Shown here one piece after another: positions 31,325 through 41,349 of a stretch of 64,000 nucleotides of DNA (positions within the stretch are counted from its first letter, which is position 1; each line of letters opens with the position of its first letter). The translations under genes were made by a program, and so were the position numbers. The stretch lies in the sequence record PP526941.1; one strand, given 5' to 3'. The notes under the pieces are model-generated. The model did no database searches. It saw only the letters and a list, made by a program, of their open reading frames with translations, and was not told where the DNA came from. Origin of the DNA: Escherichia phage vB_EcoM_ECO78.

Positions 31325-32263
31325 TTATTTAAATTGTTCAGTAACGTCTTCAACTACTTCGTATTGGCAGGTACGCATTTTAGCGTCGTTGTAATCAATC
31401 GGAATTGATACTACATCGCGAGGATGTACTTTAACTTTTACAACTCGGCTGGTTGAACTACCAAAGTGACGAATATAAGATTTAGAACACACATGCAGAC
31501 CACGAGAACAAGTTTGTGTATCATCGTCATTCACACGAGTACGTGGCATTTTAACTACTTTACCAGGACTGTTATCAAAGGTATTTGAGTGACAGTCAAA
31601 GTAATTGCTACGAACTACTTTCCAAGCATAGAAGTAACCATCTTCTGTAATTTCAATATCGTTTGCTACCAAGAAATCAAAGAGTCGAGATACCGCTTTT
31701 TGGCTCGGGTTTTCCAGCAGATTTTCCAAGAACGGAAAATAAAATTCAAAGTTTTCGCCTTTTTCCATCGAATCAAGAATACGATCAACTAAACCAGATC
31801 GCAATTCAATATTTTGATAGAACAAGCTTCCACCTTCAATTCGAACATCACCGGAAATATATTTTTCAACAGCGCGGCGAACATTAATTTTTTGTGCCGC
31901 TTCTTCCAATTTATCTGCAACAAGCAGATTAAGAATTTCCTGGAAGTTTGAATGAGTATTAGGAGTTGCGTTATAAGTTACACCGTCAACAGTAATTGAA
32001 ATGAATTTTTTAGATGCATTCCAAATAATGTCAGATTTAGCAACTGGAGCAATAACTACATCGCTATTAACTTTAACCGTAATGTCACCGCTAATAGTAA
32101 CTTTAGGACGTTTAGCTTCTTCAGCATTTTTCAAAACACGGCGGATTGTGTCAACCGATACATCCTTCCAGTAAGCTAATTCCTGCTGGGTGTAATTACC
32201 ACTTGAATACAGTTTGACAATTTCAGCTTGTTCGTTTTTGGTCAGGCATTTAATATTGTACAT
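31325..32263 (-). CDS. rIIB: rIIB membrane-associated protein
   Basis: 312 aa, MYNIKCLTKNEQAEIVKLYSSGNYTQQELAYWKDVSVDTIRRVL... Confidence 0.9.
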   Translation of the reverse strand: MYNIKCLTKNEQAEIVKLYSSGNYTQQELAYWKDVSVDTIRRVLKNAEEAKRPKVTISGDITVKVNSDVVIAPVAKSDIIWNASKKFISITVDGVTYNATPNTHSNFQEILNLLVADKLEEAAQKINVRRAVEKYISGDVRIEGGSLFYQNIELRSGLVDRILDSMEKGENFEFYFPFLENLLENPSQKAVSRLFDFLVANDIEITEDGYFYAWKVVRSNYFDCHSNTFDNSPGKVVKMPRTRVNDDDTQTCSRGLHVCSKSYIRHFGSSTSRVVKVKVHPRDVVSIPIDYNDAKMRTCQYEVVEDVTEQFK

Positions 32264-32274
32264 AATTTTCCTTA

Positions 32275-34452
32275 TTAGGCCGCAAGGGCCTTCATAGTTT
32301 TAGCGATTTGGGAAACTTCATCATCACTTAAAGAGTTGCGATAACCGATGAAGTCGGAAACAATACGGAATTTCTTGGTAAACTCAGCAACCATTTTATC
32401 ACTATTTTTTGAAGCATTATTTGATAATACATCAAAAAGATTAGTTACTGTCCAGATGTCATGACCGATGGTACCTTTTCCACCGTTGAAATATATACCC
32501 TGTAATGAACTAACCATATTACCAAGGCGAGTATATTCTTCAGAAACTTCATCTACACTGAAGTACTTCATCATAAAATCGAGTTCAGGATACTTAATAA
32601 TTTTATCAATATATCGTTTAGCTGAACTTGAATAACCTACATACTTATCATAATCTACAGCATCAAAAGCATCTACATATAAATCACGCAGAGTTTCAAA
32701 AATACATTGGCACTGACCAAGTTCTTTTACCTTTTTCTGCAAAAGCGGACGAATAACATAAAACTCATTAATGCCAATAAGATTAGCCATACGAGTCAAA
32801 ATACTCGTAGATGGATGACAAAGCGATGTAGTACCATCCATAGAGAAAATATCAGAACGATGCATATACGCTACATAACCAGTAATTTCATCTGCTTCTG
32901 ACGTAAGTGTAAACAGTTCCTCTTTTTCCCAGCGCCCATCTTTAATTTCAAACTTAAACGCAGTAGCAGTTTTAGGACGAGGAGCTTTACTTTTAACTGC
33001 CTTCGGAATATAACTTTTAACTAAAGCTTCAATTTCTGACAAATAATGAATGTTAACTTCATCACTTTCAAACATTGCCATAATATCAGGGAGTAAATCA
33101 ATCTGCGATTCTACTTCCGGATTAATAAACAGAAGACGCTCATTATGATGAATATTCAAAGTGTTGTTAAATTCTTTATCATCTAACGCATGCGCTAATC
33201 CACGGACAATATTAACACGATTTTTAATATTATCAATAACGATATTAATTTTTGTTGTATTAATACCGAACAGACGATAACTTGATGCAATGGCTGAAGT
33301 TTCATGACTTTGCTTAATGCGTTTCAGTCGAGGGTCAAGATTTACTTCATACACAACTCCTGCATTGCATAACTTACTGTCAGGTTCAAACATGCTTTGC
33401 ATCTTCTTATATGACAGATTTTTAGTCGTAAATTTGACTGAATTACTAATCATATAATCTCGAGCAGAATATCCCATCTTCATCAATTCACGGTATGTAT
33501 GACGAGGAGATGTAGATTCTTTAAATCGTTTTACATCTTCATTGAATGCTTTCTCACTAAGCTCTTTAACACGCTCAATAATATTTTTACGAGTACGATC
33601 ATCTAATGAAAGAGCTTCGCGCGATGGAGCAATATCCAGTGAACCCATTGGAAACTTAATGTAATTCACTTCATTGCGGATGCTTAACCAGTTGCGGTCT
33701 CTAATAACACCATCGATAGGATAAACAATACCACCATAGATAGCATACAATCCACCACGATCTGGCCAGTATCTTTCTGGATTTACGCCGTAATAGTCAT
33801 CAAAATCCGGAAAATAATCAATTTCGCGGTCAAGACCATTAATGATAGCTAAATCTTTGAATGGTCGCATGATATAAGAAACTTCATAAGCAAAGTTTCT
33901 AAAGTCTTTTTCTTCAACTGGAACTACGATTTCAATACCAGTTTTATCATCTGGACCCATTTCTTTTACAAATGTAGGTTTAATTTGTGGACCATCGCCA
34001 TCCATGTAAGCTACATAACCACGAATTTCGCCTTTATGATATGAAGTAATACTAAATGTATCAGTATAACTAAACGGAGATTTAGAACCTAAACCAAATC
34101 CGCCAATGAAATCGTTAGATTCAGCCTTAGATGAACTAAAGTATGAATTATACAACCCAGGAGAATTATCATCACCCTGAATATCAAAATCGCTCATACC
34201 CGGACCAAAATCTCGGCAAACAAATCGTGGATCTAATCGTCCTGGAACTTGAATGATAAATTTTTCAGGATTTCCATTGAGAGCATGGGCATCAATCATG
34301 TTGGTAATCAATTCACGGACTACTGCGCGAATCTTGTTTGTATACAAATCAGATGACAGAATTTTGAATACTTTAGGAGATGCTGTGATGCTAAATGCCT
34401 TTGATTTAGAACCATTACCAAGAATTGTTTCTTTTTCAGTGGTGATAATCAT
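32275..34452 (-). CDS. rIIA: rIIA protein
   Basis: 725 aa, [56 protein letters not shown] (GHKL ATPase-like N-terminus). Confidence 0.9.
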   Translation of the reverse strand: MIITTEKETILGNGSKSKAFSITASPKVFKILSSDLYTNKIRAVVRELITNMIDAHALNGNPEKFIIQVPGRLDPRFVCRDFGPGMSDFDIQGDDNSPGLYNSYFSSSKAESNDFIGGFGLGSKSPFSYTDTFSITSYHKGEIRGYVAYMDGDGPQIKPTFVKEMGPDDKTGIEIVVPVEEKDFRNFAYEVSYIMRPFKDLAIINGLDREIDYFPDFDDYYGVNPERYWPDRGGLYAIYGGIVYPIDGVIRDRNWLSIRNEVNYIKFPMGSLDIAPSREALSLDDRTRKNIIERVKELSEKAFNEDVKRFKESTSPRHTYRELMKMGYSARDYMISNSVKFTTKNLSYKKMQSMFEPDSKLCNAGVVYEVNLDPRLKRIKQSHETSAIASSYRLFGINTTKINIVIDNIKNRVNIVRGLAHALDDKEFNNTLNIHHNERLLFINPEVESQIDLLPDIMAMFESDEVNIHYLSEIEALVKSYIPKAVKSKAPRPKTATAFKFEIKDGRWEKEELFTLTSEADEITGYVAYMHRSDIFSMDGTTSLCHPSTSILTRMANLIGINEFYVIRPLLQKKVKELGQCQCIFETLRDLYVDAFDAVDYDKYVGYSSSAKRYIDKIIKYPELDFMMKYFSVDEVSEEYTRLGNMVSSLQGIYFNGGKGTIGHDIWTVTNLFDVLSNNASKNSDKMVAEFTKKFRIVSDFIGYRNSLSDDEVSQIAKTMKALAA

Positions 34453-34462
34453 AATTTCCTCA

Positions 34463-34666
34463 TTAATTCATATTGCGTTTAATAACTTCAGCAACTTCTA
34501 GTAGTTCATCTTTAGTTGCGGTGTCGGATTGAATTTTATCTCTAATATCCTTAAAGCGGTTTTTAAACTCTTCAGCTTCTCCCATATCGAAAAAGCGTTG
34601 AATGATTCTATATTCTCGATGAACTGCTTTATCAAAAAGTTCTAAATTTACTTTATATGATTTCAT
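34463..34666 (-). CDS. rIIA.1: rIIA.1-like small protein
   Basis: 67 aa between rIIA and gene 39. Confidence 0.55.
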   Translation of the reverse strand: MKSYKVNLELFDKAVHREYRIIQRFFDMGEAEEFKNRFKDIRDKIQSDTATKDELLEVAEVIKRNMN

Positions 34667-34720
34667 TTCAATATCCTCATTTGCCCAATTAATTATACCA
34701 CATCCTTGTGGTAAAGTAAA

Positions 34721-36538
34721 CTATTGGCTCATCCATTCTTTACGAAGGTCAGCATTATCTCCCATGAGCATTTCAAAAAGCTCTTTCCAATTCTCAGGAA
34801 GTTTAACAACATCATATACTGGGTTTTGAATCATCTCACGATATTCAGATTTTTCCAAAGAGCCAAGTCCCTTAATATAACGGATGCTATGTTTAGGTAG
34901 AGCATCTTTGGCACTCTCATATTCAGCGACTGTATAAAACCATTCTTGTTTTTTACCGACCTGAGCGATGATTACAGGAGTTTTGACGAAGCGAATTCTT
35001 CCTTGTTCAAACAGTTCTGGCCAATTACTAAAAAATCCGAGCAGAGAAGGATAAATGCTTCCTAGACCATCATGGTCGGCATCGGTCATAATTGCAATAT
35101 TATGATAATTCAAGTTTTCAGCCTTTTCACCAAGAACTAATCCGGTGATTGCGCAAATATCAAACAGTTCTTTATTTTTAAGCATATCAGCATATGACAT
35201 ACCCCAACTGTTGAGAACTTTACCACGCAATGGATAACCACCATGAAGTTCTTTATCACGAACATCAATAAGATATCCGATAGCAGAATCACCCTCAGTC
35301 AAGAAAAGAGTAGTGTCAGCATCTTTACCACAAAGATTCGCTTTAATATGTTTATGAACCTTAGCTTTAGAAGCCTTTTTAGCTGCTTTAGTTTCTGCTG
35401 CCTTTTCTGCAGCCAATTTACGAGCCAAAGCAGCTTCAATAATTGGCATTAAAATTGCTTCATTATTTAAAATAGCACGTGAAATCTTTTTAGCATCAAG
35501 CTGAATATGACTACGAATTTCACCAAATGGAGAAGTCAAACGCTCTTTAGTCTGAGAATCAAATCGCATGTTTTTCATATCACGAACAAACATAACGATA
35601 GTCAAACATTCTTTAACACGTGCTTTAGTTACATCAATTTTGAACTTGCGTTTGATTTGTGGAATAAGGTCTTCACAAATATCATCCATAACGCAGTCAA
35701 TATGATGGCCACCATTCTTAGTATGAATGTTATTGACGTATGTTAATTGACGAAAACCATCCGGTGAACGACCAACCGCAATAGAACAATTTTCTTGTTC
35801 TTGAACGATAGCATGCTCATCATATTGGCGTGCGTATTTCTTAAAATTACCCTGAACCTTTTTACCATTAAAGGTAAATTGAATATCAGGATAAACTACT
35901 GCAAGTGTCTGGAGACGATCTAGCGTAATGTCAAGATAAACTTGAGATAGCTCATTAGTTTCAAATGACATAAAATCAGGAATGAAAGTAACACGTGTTC
36001 CTTTCCATTTTCCAGGAATAGTTTCCCATGATTTATTTTCCATGCCATTTGAACAACGAACTACAATATTATTTTGACCATCGCCAGTTTCACCGACAAA
36101 CATCACAGAAAAAATGTTAGTTAAACTAGAACCAACACCGTTCATACCGCCAGTGACGCGTTCTTTATCATCACCGAAGTTACCACCTGCTTTTGGAATA
36201 GTCCAGGCAGCAACAGGACCAGGAATTTCTTCACCGGTAGGTGTTTTAACCATCGCTTGTGGAATACCACGACCGTTATCTTCAACTGTTACTTGATTGT
36301 TTTTAATAGTAACATTAATTTTATTCGCGAATTTAAACTTAGTACGAATACCTTCATCTACTGAGTTATCGATAATTTCATCAATAAGCTTAACAAGACC
36401 AGGTACATACTGAACACTTTCCCATTTACCAAACAGAAAACGCTCATGCATTTCATTAGCGGAAGAGCCAATATACATGCCGCTACGCTTTTTGATATGT
36501 TCAATATCGCTCAGAATTTTAATTTCATTCTTAATCAT
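34721..36538 (-). CDS. 39: DNA topoisomerase II large subunit gp39, single fused ORF
   Basis: Track ORF starts at GTG; ATG at 36538 gives MIKNEIKILSDIEHIKKRSGMYIGS (GyrB-like ATPase plus TOPRIM); continuous ORF. Confidence 0.85.
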   Translation of the reverse strand: MIKNEIKILSDIEHIKKRSGMYIGSSANEMHERFLFGKWESVQYVPGLVKLIDEIIDNSVDEGIRTKFKFANKINVTIKNNQVTVEDNGRGIPQAMVKTPTGEEIPGPVAAWTIPKAGGNFGDDKERVTGGMNGVGSSLTNIFSVMFVGETGDGQNNIVVRCSNGMENKSWETIPGKWKGTRVTFIPDFMSFETNELSQVYLDITLDRLQTLAVVYPDIQFTFNGKKVQGNFKKYARQYDEHAIVQEQENCSIAVGRSPDGFRQLTYVNNIHTKNGGHHIDCVMDDICEDLIPQIKRKFKIDVTKARVKECLTIVMFVRDMKNMRFDSQTKERLTSPFGEIRSHIQLDAKKISRAILNNEAILMPIIEAALARKLAAEKAAETKAAKKASKAKVHKHIKANLCGKDADTTLFLTEGDSAIGYLIDVRDKELHGGYPLRGKVLNSWGMSYADMLKNKELFDICAITGLVLGEKAENLNYHNIAIMTDADHDGLGSIYPSLLGFFSNWPELFEQGRIRFVKTPVIIAQVGKKQEWFYTVAEYESAKDALPKHSIRYIKGLGSLEKSEYREMIQNPVYDVVKLPENWKELFEMLMGDNADLRKEWMSQ

Positions 36539-36565
36539 CACTTATCCTCGTTTGGTTTCGGGAAT

Positions 36566-36591
36566 ATTATACTCCGGTAATCATAAAGCTA
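36566..36591 (-). promoter_or_regulatory. MotA-box middle promoter candidate for gene 39
   Basis: Minus strand tTAGCTTtA, 12 nt, TATAAT. Confidence 0.35.
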
Positions 36592-36609
36592 AAGGCCCGA
36601 AGGCCTTTT
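36590..36609 (-). terminator. UUCG-tetraloop hairpin terminator
   Basis: AAAGGCC-UUCG-GGCCUUU directly after the stop of the 90-aa gene; T-rich on both sides. Confidence 0.45.
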
Positions 36610-36880
36610 ATTTAAAACGGATAGTCGAATCCTTGAAGAATAGACCAGAACATACGGTTCCTTCTACTTTCTGCCCGGTAGGTCCAATAGCACGAAATCC
36701 AGTGTGTTGGAAATCATTTTCAGAGCAACCGAACCAGTTATATCCAGTGATTTCAATATTAGTAAAACCGCTTGAAGACAAAATTTTGGTTGCATTATCA
36801 GCATCAGTACATCCTGCTAAAGACACTGCTAATACTAATGCTGCGATAGAACGATTAACATATTTCATAATTTCACTCAA
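36608..36880 (-). CDS. predicted lipoprotein
   Basis: 90 aa; N-terminal signal with lipobox LAG-C (AALVLAVSLAGCTDAD). Confidence 0.5.
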   Translation of the reverse strand: MSEIMKYVNRSIAALVLAVSLAGCTDADNATKILSSSGFTNIEITGYNWFGCSENDFQHTGFRAIGPTGQKVEGTVCSGLFFKDSTIRFK

Positions 36881-37244
36881 ATTTAATGGCTTGAAGGAGA
36901 CTAATAATTCTCAAGCGACTTCTTTCATCTTTAACTGTAAAAGAAAGAGGGTCGCCAGATTTCATAGTAATAGTACATTCAAAATCAAAATCTTCGGAAA
37001 CTTCTTTGAAGAAGTCAAATTCTTCATCATAAATTAAAACATTACTCTGACAACTATGAAGAATTTTTCCATCATTTCCAGATGCTGTACTAATCATTGT
37101 AACATTATGACCTTTCATATCTTCAACGATAAATTCACTAGTCAATATTACAGCATTAATAGAACTATTCCTATTACTAGCAGAAAGTAGATATTTCTGT
37201 TCTTCACCTTCACGAATGCGATATTTCTTACCGATTTTAAACAT
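36873..37244 (-). CDS. hypothetical protein
   Basis: 123 aa. Confidence 0.45.
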   Translation of the reverse strand: MFKIGKKYRIREGEEQKYLLSASNRNSSINAVILTSEFIVEDMKGHNVTMISTASGNDGKILHSCQSNVLIYDEEFDFFKEVSEDFDFECTITMKSGDPLSFTVKDERSRLRIISLLQAIKFE

Positions 37245-37246
37245 AA

Positions 37247-37423
37247 TTACCCTTTAAGTAAGTCGTAAAATCCACCATTCACATGCTTAGGAGCGGAAAC
37301 TAACCGAATGGCAATCCGATGACAATCAGGACATACATCAGTATCCCTTTCAGAAATTTTCTTGATTTTTTCGTATTCATTCCCGCAATCTTCGGATTGG
37401 CATTTATAATCATACATTGGCAT
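37247..37423 (-). CDS. small zinc-ribbon protein (FmdB-like CxxxxCG...CPDC)
   Basis: 58 aa MPMYDYKCQSEDCGNEYEKIKKISERDTDVCPDCHRIA...; SD AAGGAA; below the track cutoff. Confidence 0.4.
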   Translation of the reverse strand: MPMYDYKCQSEDCGNEYEKIKKISERDTDVCPDCHRIAIRLVSAPKHVNGGFYDLLKG

Positions 37424-37425
37424 AA

Positions 37426-37845
37426 TTATTCCTTAAAGTGTGCTTTCAACATCTGATACAAGGACCATGCCTGTTCATTATTTTCAATAGTAACTTTCAT
37501 GATAGGAAATTCTGTGAAATCTTCTATTTGTTCTTGCTCTTCCTGCTCTTGTTCTTCAGCAGCCTGATATGGATTTTCCACTTCATTAAAGAACCCAGCT
37601 TCGTTAGTAGAGAGCCAGATAAAGTTTTCGTCAAGGATATCACCATGTGTTGCATATCCAACTGTGCCAGTAGATGTCACAATTTTAGTAGGACGACCAA
37701 GATGGTCAACATCTAAAATTTTAAAAGGATGCATACCTAAACGTCGCGCATAGATTCCATTATCAGTATGGTCTTTAATAAAATTTTCTTGAGCTTGTTT
37801 ATTTTTAAATTGATACCATTTATTAACTTCAAATCTAATAGCCAT
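37426..37845 (-). CDS. hypothetical protein with acidic EQ-rich linker
   Basis: 139 aa; contains [16 protein letters not shown]. Confidence 0.45.
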   Translation of the reverse strand: MAIRFEVNKWYQFKNKQAQENFIKDHTDNGIYARRLGMHPFKILDVDHLGRPTKIVTSTGTVGYATHGDILDENFIWLSTNEAGFFNEVENPYQAAEEQEQEEQEQIEDFTEFPIMKVTIENNEQAWSLYQMLKAHFKE

Positions 37846-38060
37846 TAATAAATTTCCTTCCAGTAAGTTGTGCCATCTTCAGTAATTTCACGGAATACAC
37901 CGTAAATAGGTTGTTTATCACCAACCTTTTCATACACATAAACCGAAGTCAAGTGAGTAAACTTAACGGTGTGTTCCTTTTGAACTACTACCAAATCTGG
38001 ATCGAATAATACATCTTCAAATTCGTCATTAGTGCAATTCTGAACATTTTTACGTTTCAT
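37845..38060 (-). CDS. hypothetical small protein
   Basis: 71 aa; SD GAGGAAA. Confidence 0.45.
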   Translation of the reverse strand: MKRKNVQNCTNDEFEDVLFDPDLVVVQKEHTVKFTHLTSVYVYEKVGDKQPIYGVFREITEDGTTYWKEIY

Positions 38061-38160
38061 TACAATTTCCTCATTAATTGAACATTGGAGCGATGCGTTT
38101 CAGAAGAGTGACAGCACCTTTGGCAAATTTTCCATTTTATTCTCCAAGTTGTTTTCTGTA

Positions 38161-38201
38161 TCAGTAGTTGATATTGATATAGTACCATAATCAACTACTG
38201 A
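38161..38201. repeat. perfect 12-bp inverted repeat (degenerate early-promoter-like element)
   Basis: tcagtagttgat-N17-atcaactactga; loop contains tatagtacca; no GTTTAC at the expected -35. Confidence 0.7.
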
Positions 38202-38217
38202 TGTATATAGTTTTATG

Positions 38218-38230
38218 AAAAAAAAAAAAA
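38218..38230. repeat. A13 homopolymer tract
   Basis: 13 consecutive A on the plus strand, just 3' of the 165-aa gene stop. Confidence 0.9.
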
Positions 38231-38237
38231 TTAAACT

Positions 38238-38735
38238 TTATGCACAGCGGGCTTTGCTATAGTGTTTAATCCAACTTTCAGGAATGACTTTGTATGTTCC
38301 TAAAAATACCGCGTTGTATAACTTAACACCATCTTCTACCCATTGATCGGTAATGTATGCACACATAGCACGAGTACGATGTTTTTGAACAACCCCTTCC
38401 TCATCTTCGGTAAATTCGAATTCATAAGGAGCAATAAACTTAATAGCCTGACCGAGTTTCCACTTAAAGTCTACACCTACATGCGAAGTATCAATCGTTT
38501 CAATTCCTTTAGCAGGAACAGCTTTCAAAAACGCAGACTCAAGAAATTTCGCACGAACATAGCCAAACTGGGGTTTAGACTTTCCATCTTTAGGAATGAT
38601 ACGCACTTTTACTTCAGAATCTTCATATTTAACACCATGTTTAAGCTGAATGCTTACAATTTCAACCAATTTTCCTGCTGCTTTAGAACGGGATTTATCA
38701 GATACACGAGCTAATTCACCAATATTAATAATCAT
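38238..38735 (-). CDS. MotB-like protein (paralog A)
   Basis: 165 aa; C-terminal block AYITDQWVEDGVKLYNAVFLGTYKVIP shared with the next gene. Confidence 0.45.
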   Translation of the reverse strand: MIINIGELARVSDKSRSKAAGKLVEIVSIQLKHGVKYEDSEVKVRIIPKDGKSKPQFGYVRAKFLESAFLKAVPAKGIETIDTSHVGVDFKWKLGQAIKFIAPYEFEFTEDEEGVVQKHRTRAMCAYITDQWVEDGVKLYNAVFLGTYKVIPESWIKHYSKARCA

Positions 38736-38811
38736 AGTTATCTCTCACTTGTTAAAAAGATTTTATACTCCACAGGACCATTATACTCTGGTCCCAAGAG
38801 TTTGTAAACTA

Positions 38812-39354
38812 TTAATTCAAAATAGCTACAACCGCACTACGGGGTACTACGCTAAAATCACCTGCATGAACAACGTTCAGAAGTTCAACGCCATCTTCAA
38901 TCCACTGGTCTGTTACCCATCCACAGACCGAAATAAATGGGGTCTTAATAGCTACAGCACGAGTTAGAAGGTCAGTAGGATCGCATTCTTGGAAGAGGAT
39001 AAGCTCTGCTTCAAAGACTATAGTTTTAATTACTTCATCATTATCTAAGCGTTGTGCTCGAATCACATAAGCTTTATTCTTATCGTGCCAGTTACTTTTT
39101 GAAAAACTTTTAACCACAAACTCGCCTTCACCAAAAACACTAGTCAATGCTTTATAACCCAAACTTAGTTCAGTAGTTTTAATTTCAGTTTCAACCAGTT
39201 TGTAGATTTTGCCAATTTCAATGGTCCGAGCAGTCATAAAGGTTTCCTTAATTTCTAATGGTTTAACAAGAGTGCCGTGCATGCTTGCTATATCCATATC
39301 AAATATTTTATCTATAGGATTTGGGGTGTATTCAGGATTATAATTAAATTTCAT
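38812..39354 (-). CDS. MotB-like protein (paralog B)
   Basis: 180 aa; C-terminal CGWVTDQWIEDGVELLNVVHAGDFSVVP homologous to paralog A. Confidence 0.45.
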   Translation of the reverse strand: MKFNYNPEYTPNPIDKIFDMDIASMHGTLVKPLEIKETFMTARTIEIGKIYKLVETEIKTTELSLGYKALTSVFGEGEFVVKSFSKSNWHDKNKAYVIRAQRLDNDEVIKTIVFEAELILFQECDPTDLLTRAVAIKTPFISVCGWVTDQWIEDGVELLNVVHAGDFSVVPRSAVVAILN

Positions 39355-39356
39355 AA

Positions 39357-39869
39357 TTATCTCATTTCAATAAAATCTACAAGTTCAGCATGGGATTTGC
39401 GGAACATTACTTGGTGTCCGCCAATGATAACTTCATCTTCAGGAACTTCATAAATCGCAATGTACATTCCACGATCTTTTAAGTCTTCACGCTCTTCTCG
39501 GGTGAACCATCTCATCATATCATATTCACTAGCGAAAGCAAAATGGTATAATGCAATAAACCGCGATGGAATATACCTTTCAGACGGTGAATAATTTTTA
39601 TCCCATTTAGTTTTAATAACATCATTAGCATTTTCAACTAATAACTTATCATCGTGTGGAATAGGAATACTTTCATGGCTTTCATAATTATCGCTATGAT
39701 GATGAAATGACGATGAATTAATACCGCAAAATTTTAGCCAAGTTCGAGTTTTCATAGAATCAAATCCACGATAAGGAGTTGATTGAACGCATAACTCTTG
39801 CCTAATTTTCACTATACCACTATCATCATTTAATGCGCTAAACGATGATTCAACACGATAAATTTTCAT
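39357..39869 (-). CDS. hypothetical protein
   Basis: Track ORF starts at TTG; ATG at 39869 (MKIYRVESSF...) has SD GAGGA. Confidence 0.45.
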   Translation of the reverse strand: MKIYRVESSFSALNDDSGIVKIRQELCVQSTPYRGFDSMKTRTWLKFCGINSSSFHHHSDNYESHESIPIPHDDKLLVENANDVIKTKWDKNYSPSERYIPSRFIALYHFAFASEYDMMRWFTREEREDLKDRGMYIAIYEVPEDEVIIGGHQVMFRKSHAELVDFIEMR

Positions 39870-39896
39870 TTTATTATCCTCAGTAGCTATGGTGTT

Positions 39897-39926
39897 ATAG
39901 TACCACAACTAACCGAGGAAGTAAAC
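39897..39926 (-). promoter_or_regulatory. early promoter (GTTTAC-18-TACTAT)
   Basis: GTTTAC tTCCTCggttagttgtgg TACTAT; spacer TCCTC complementary to the downstream SD GAGGA. Confidence 0.4.
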
Positions 39927-39932
39927 AACTTT

Positions 39933-40616
39933 TTATCGTTTTGTTGGAAGAGATAGAGGATCGCACTCTTCCTCTGACGGAGCATCTTCAAGACCCATAG
40001 CATACCGCAAAGCATACTTCATCATCAGGATGTCTTTCGCGCAGTCATGAATAGAATCATGTGCAACGAATCCATCTAAAGTTCCCTTTGGAAGAGGACA
40101 TGTAGTCATATCACGAACAAGCAGAAGTGCTTCAATTCTAGTACGAATATCACGTTGATTCCAGAATTTACATGGTTCTAACTTAAATGTGTCAAGTTCA
40201 TTCTCAGAAACGCCGTTAAGACGCTGAATATCGCGAATAAGATCGACTAAAATTGGAAAATCAAATGACATTCCACGGCACCAGCCTTGAGATTTCCAAG
40301 GATCGATGTTATGTGCATTAATGTAATCATTAAATTTTGCAATACCATCGATAGTGCTTACATCTTCATTTGATGGCGCAATATTTTTTCGAGCTTCAGG
40401 AGACTGATTTTTCCACCATTCAATAGTGCTTTTAGTAAAAAGACGATGTCCTTTTTGGCTTTTTAAATCAAACTTGATTTTAATGCCACGTGAAACTAAT
40501 TCATCAAAGGATTCAACTACTTCTGGATTAGGGTCAAAGGCAATAACAGCTAAGTCAATAACAGCTGCTTTTTCACCGCTTCCCATTGTTTCAAAATCTA
40601 TAATAAAATCAAACAT
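39933..40616 (-). CDS. dexA: exonuclease A (DnaQ-like 3'-5' exonuclease)
   Basis: 227 aa, MFDFIIDFETMGSGEKAAVIDLAVIAF... Confidence 0.85.
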   Translation of the reverse strand: MFDFIIDFETMGSGEKAAVIDLAVIAFDPNPEVVESFDELVSRGIKIKFDLKSQKGHRLFTKSTIEWWKNQSPEARKNIAPSNEDVSTIDGIAKFNDYINAHNIDPWKSQGWCRGMSFDFPILVDLIRDIQRLNGVSENELDTFKLEPCKFWNQRDIRTRIEALLLVRDMTTCPLPKGTLDGFVAHDSIHDCAKDILMMKYALRYAMGLEDAPSEEECDPLSLPTKR

Positions 40617-40891
40617 TAAATTTTCCTCGCTAAATCGCGAATTTGACCTACAGTATAATCTTGGATATAAACTTTATTAATGGGCTCATCAATAAATTTT
40701 GCCATAGATTCAATATCTTTTTGTATCTCTTCAAGACTGTATACTATCTTTAAAGCTTTTTCGCGAATAGTAACATTATCAGGTCCTGGATTTTCTTGAA
40801 TGACAGCTTTAACATTTGCCATAAGAGATTTAAACTGATGCAAACTCAATTCAATCATTAATAACCGCCTTATAAAGATGGCTAATTTCAC
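40616..40891 (-). CDS. hypothetical small protein (tandem paralog 1)
   Basis: 91 aa; shares blocks with the next ORF (EEIQKDIESM vs EEIERDLIAL). Confidence 0.4.
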   Translation of the reverse strand: MKLAIFIRRLLMIELSLHQFKSLMANVKAVIQENPGPDNVTIREKALKIVYSLEEIQKDIESMAKFIDEPINKVYIQDYTVGQIRDLARKI

Positions 40892-41111
40892 CTAAAATAT
40901 AATCACTAATTGTAACAGTTTTCACTTCACCGCAAAAGAATTCTAACGCAATCAAATCTCGTTCAATTTCTTCCAATTGAAGCATTAACTTGCCTGATTC
41001 AATTTTCACGTTTTTGCGATTTTTACTATAAGCTATTTCATAAATTTCGCTCACTTTATCTTGAAGCAGATAAAACTGATCTTTAGTTATTTCCACGAAT
41101 AGCTTCCTCAA
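40851..41111 (-). CDS. hypothetical small protein (tandem paralog 2)
   Basis: 86 aa. Confidence 0.4.
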   Translation of the reverse strand: MRKLFVEITKDQFYLLQDKVSEIYEIAYSKNRKNVKIESGKLMLQLEEIERDLIALEFFCGEVKTVTISDYILGEISHLYKAVIND

Positions 41112-41343
41112 ATTTAATCAGCAGCTTACAGACACTTTCATCTAGCGTAATTACCGTGTCTGTGTTACTGTGATATGATTGTTTTTCAATTCGTTTAATT
41201 GCTAGTATAGTATCACTTATAAGATTAAGCTTATAAAGGAGCTCAGCTCCTGTTATCATAACACTGAGGTTATCTTGCTTATCAGTATGCTTCTTTATAC
41301 CATCTATTAGACGATTTAAATATTTTGAATTGATGTTAATCAT
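41083..41343 (-). CDS. hypothetical small protein
   Basis: 86 aa. Confidence 0.4.
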   Translation of the reverse strand: MININSKYLNRLIDGIKKHTDKQDNLSVMITGAELLYKLNLISDTILAIKRIEKQSYHSNTDTVITLDESVCKLLIKFEEAIRGNN

Positions 41344-41349
41344 ATATCC

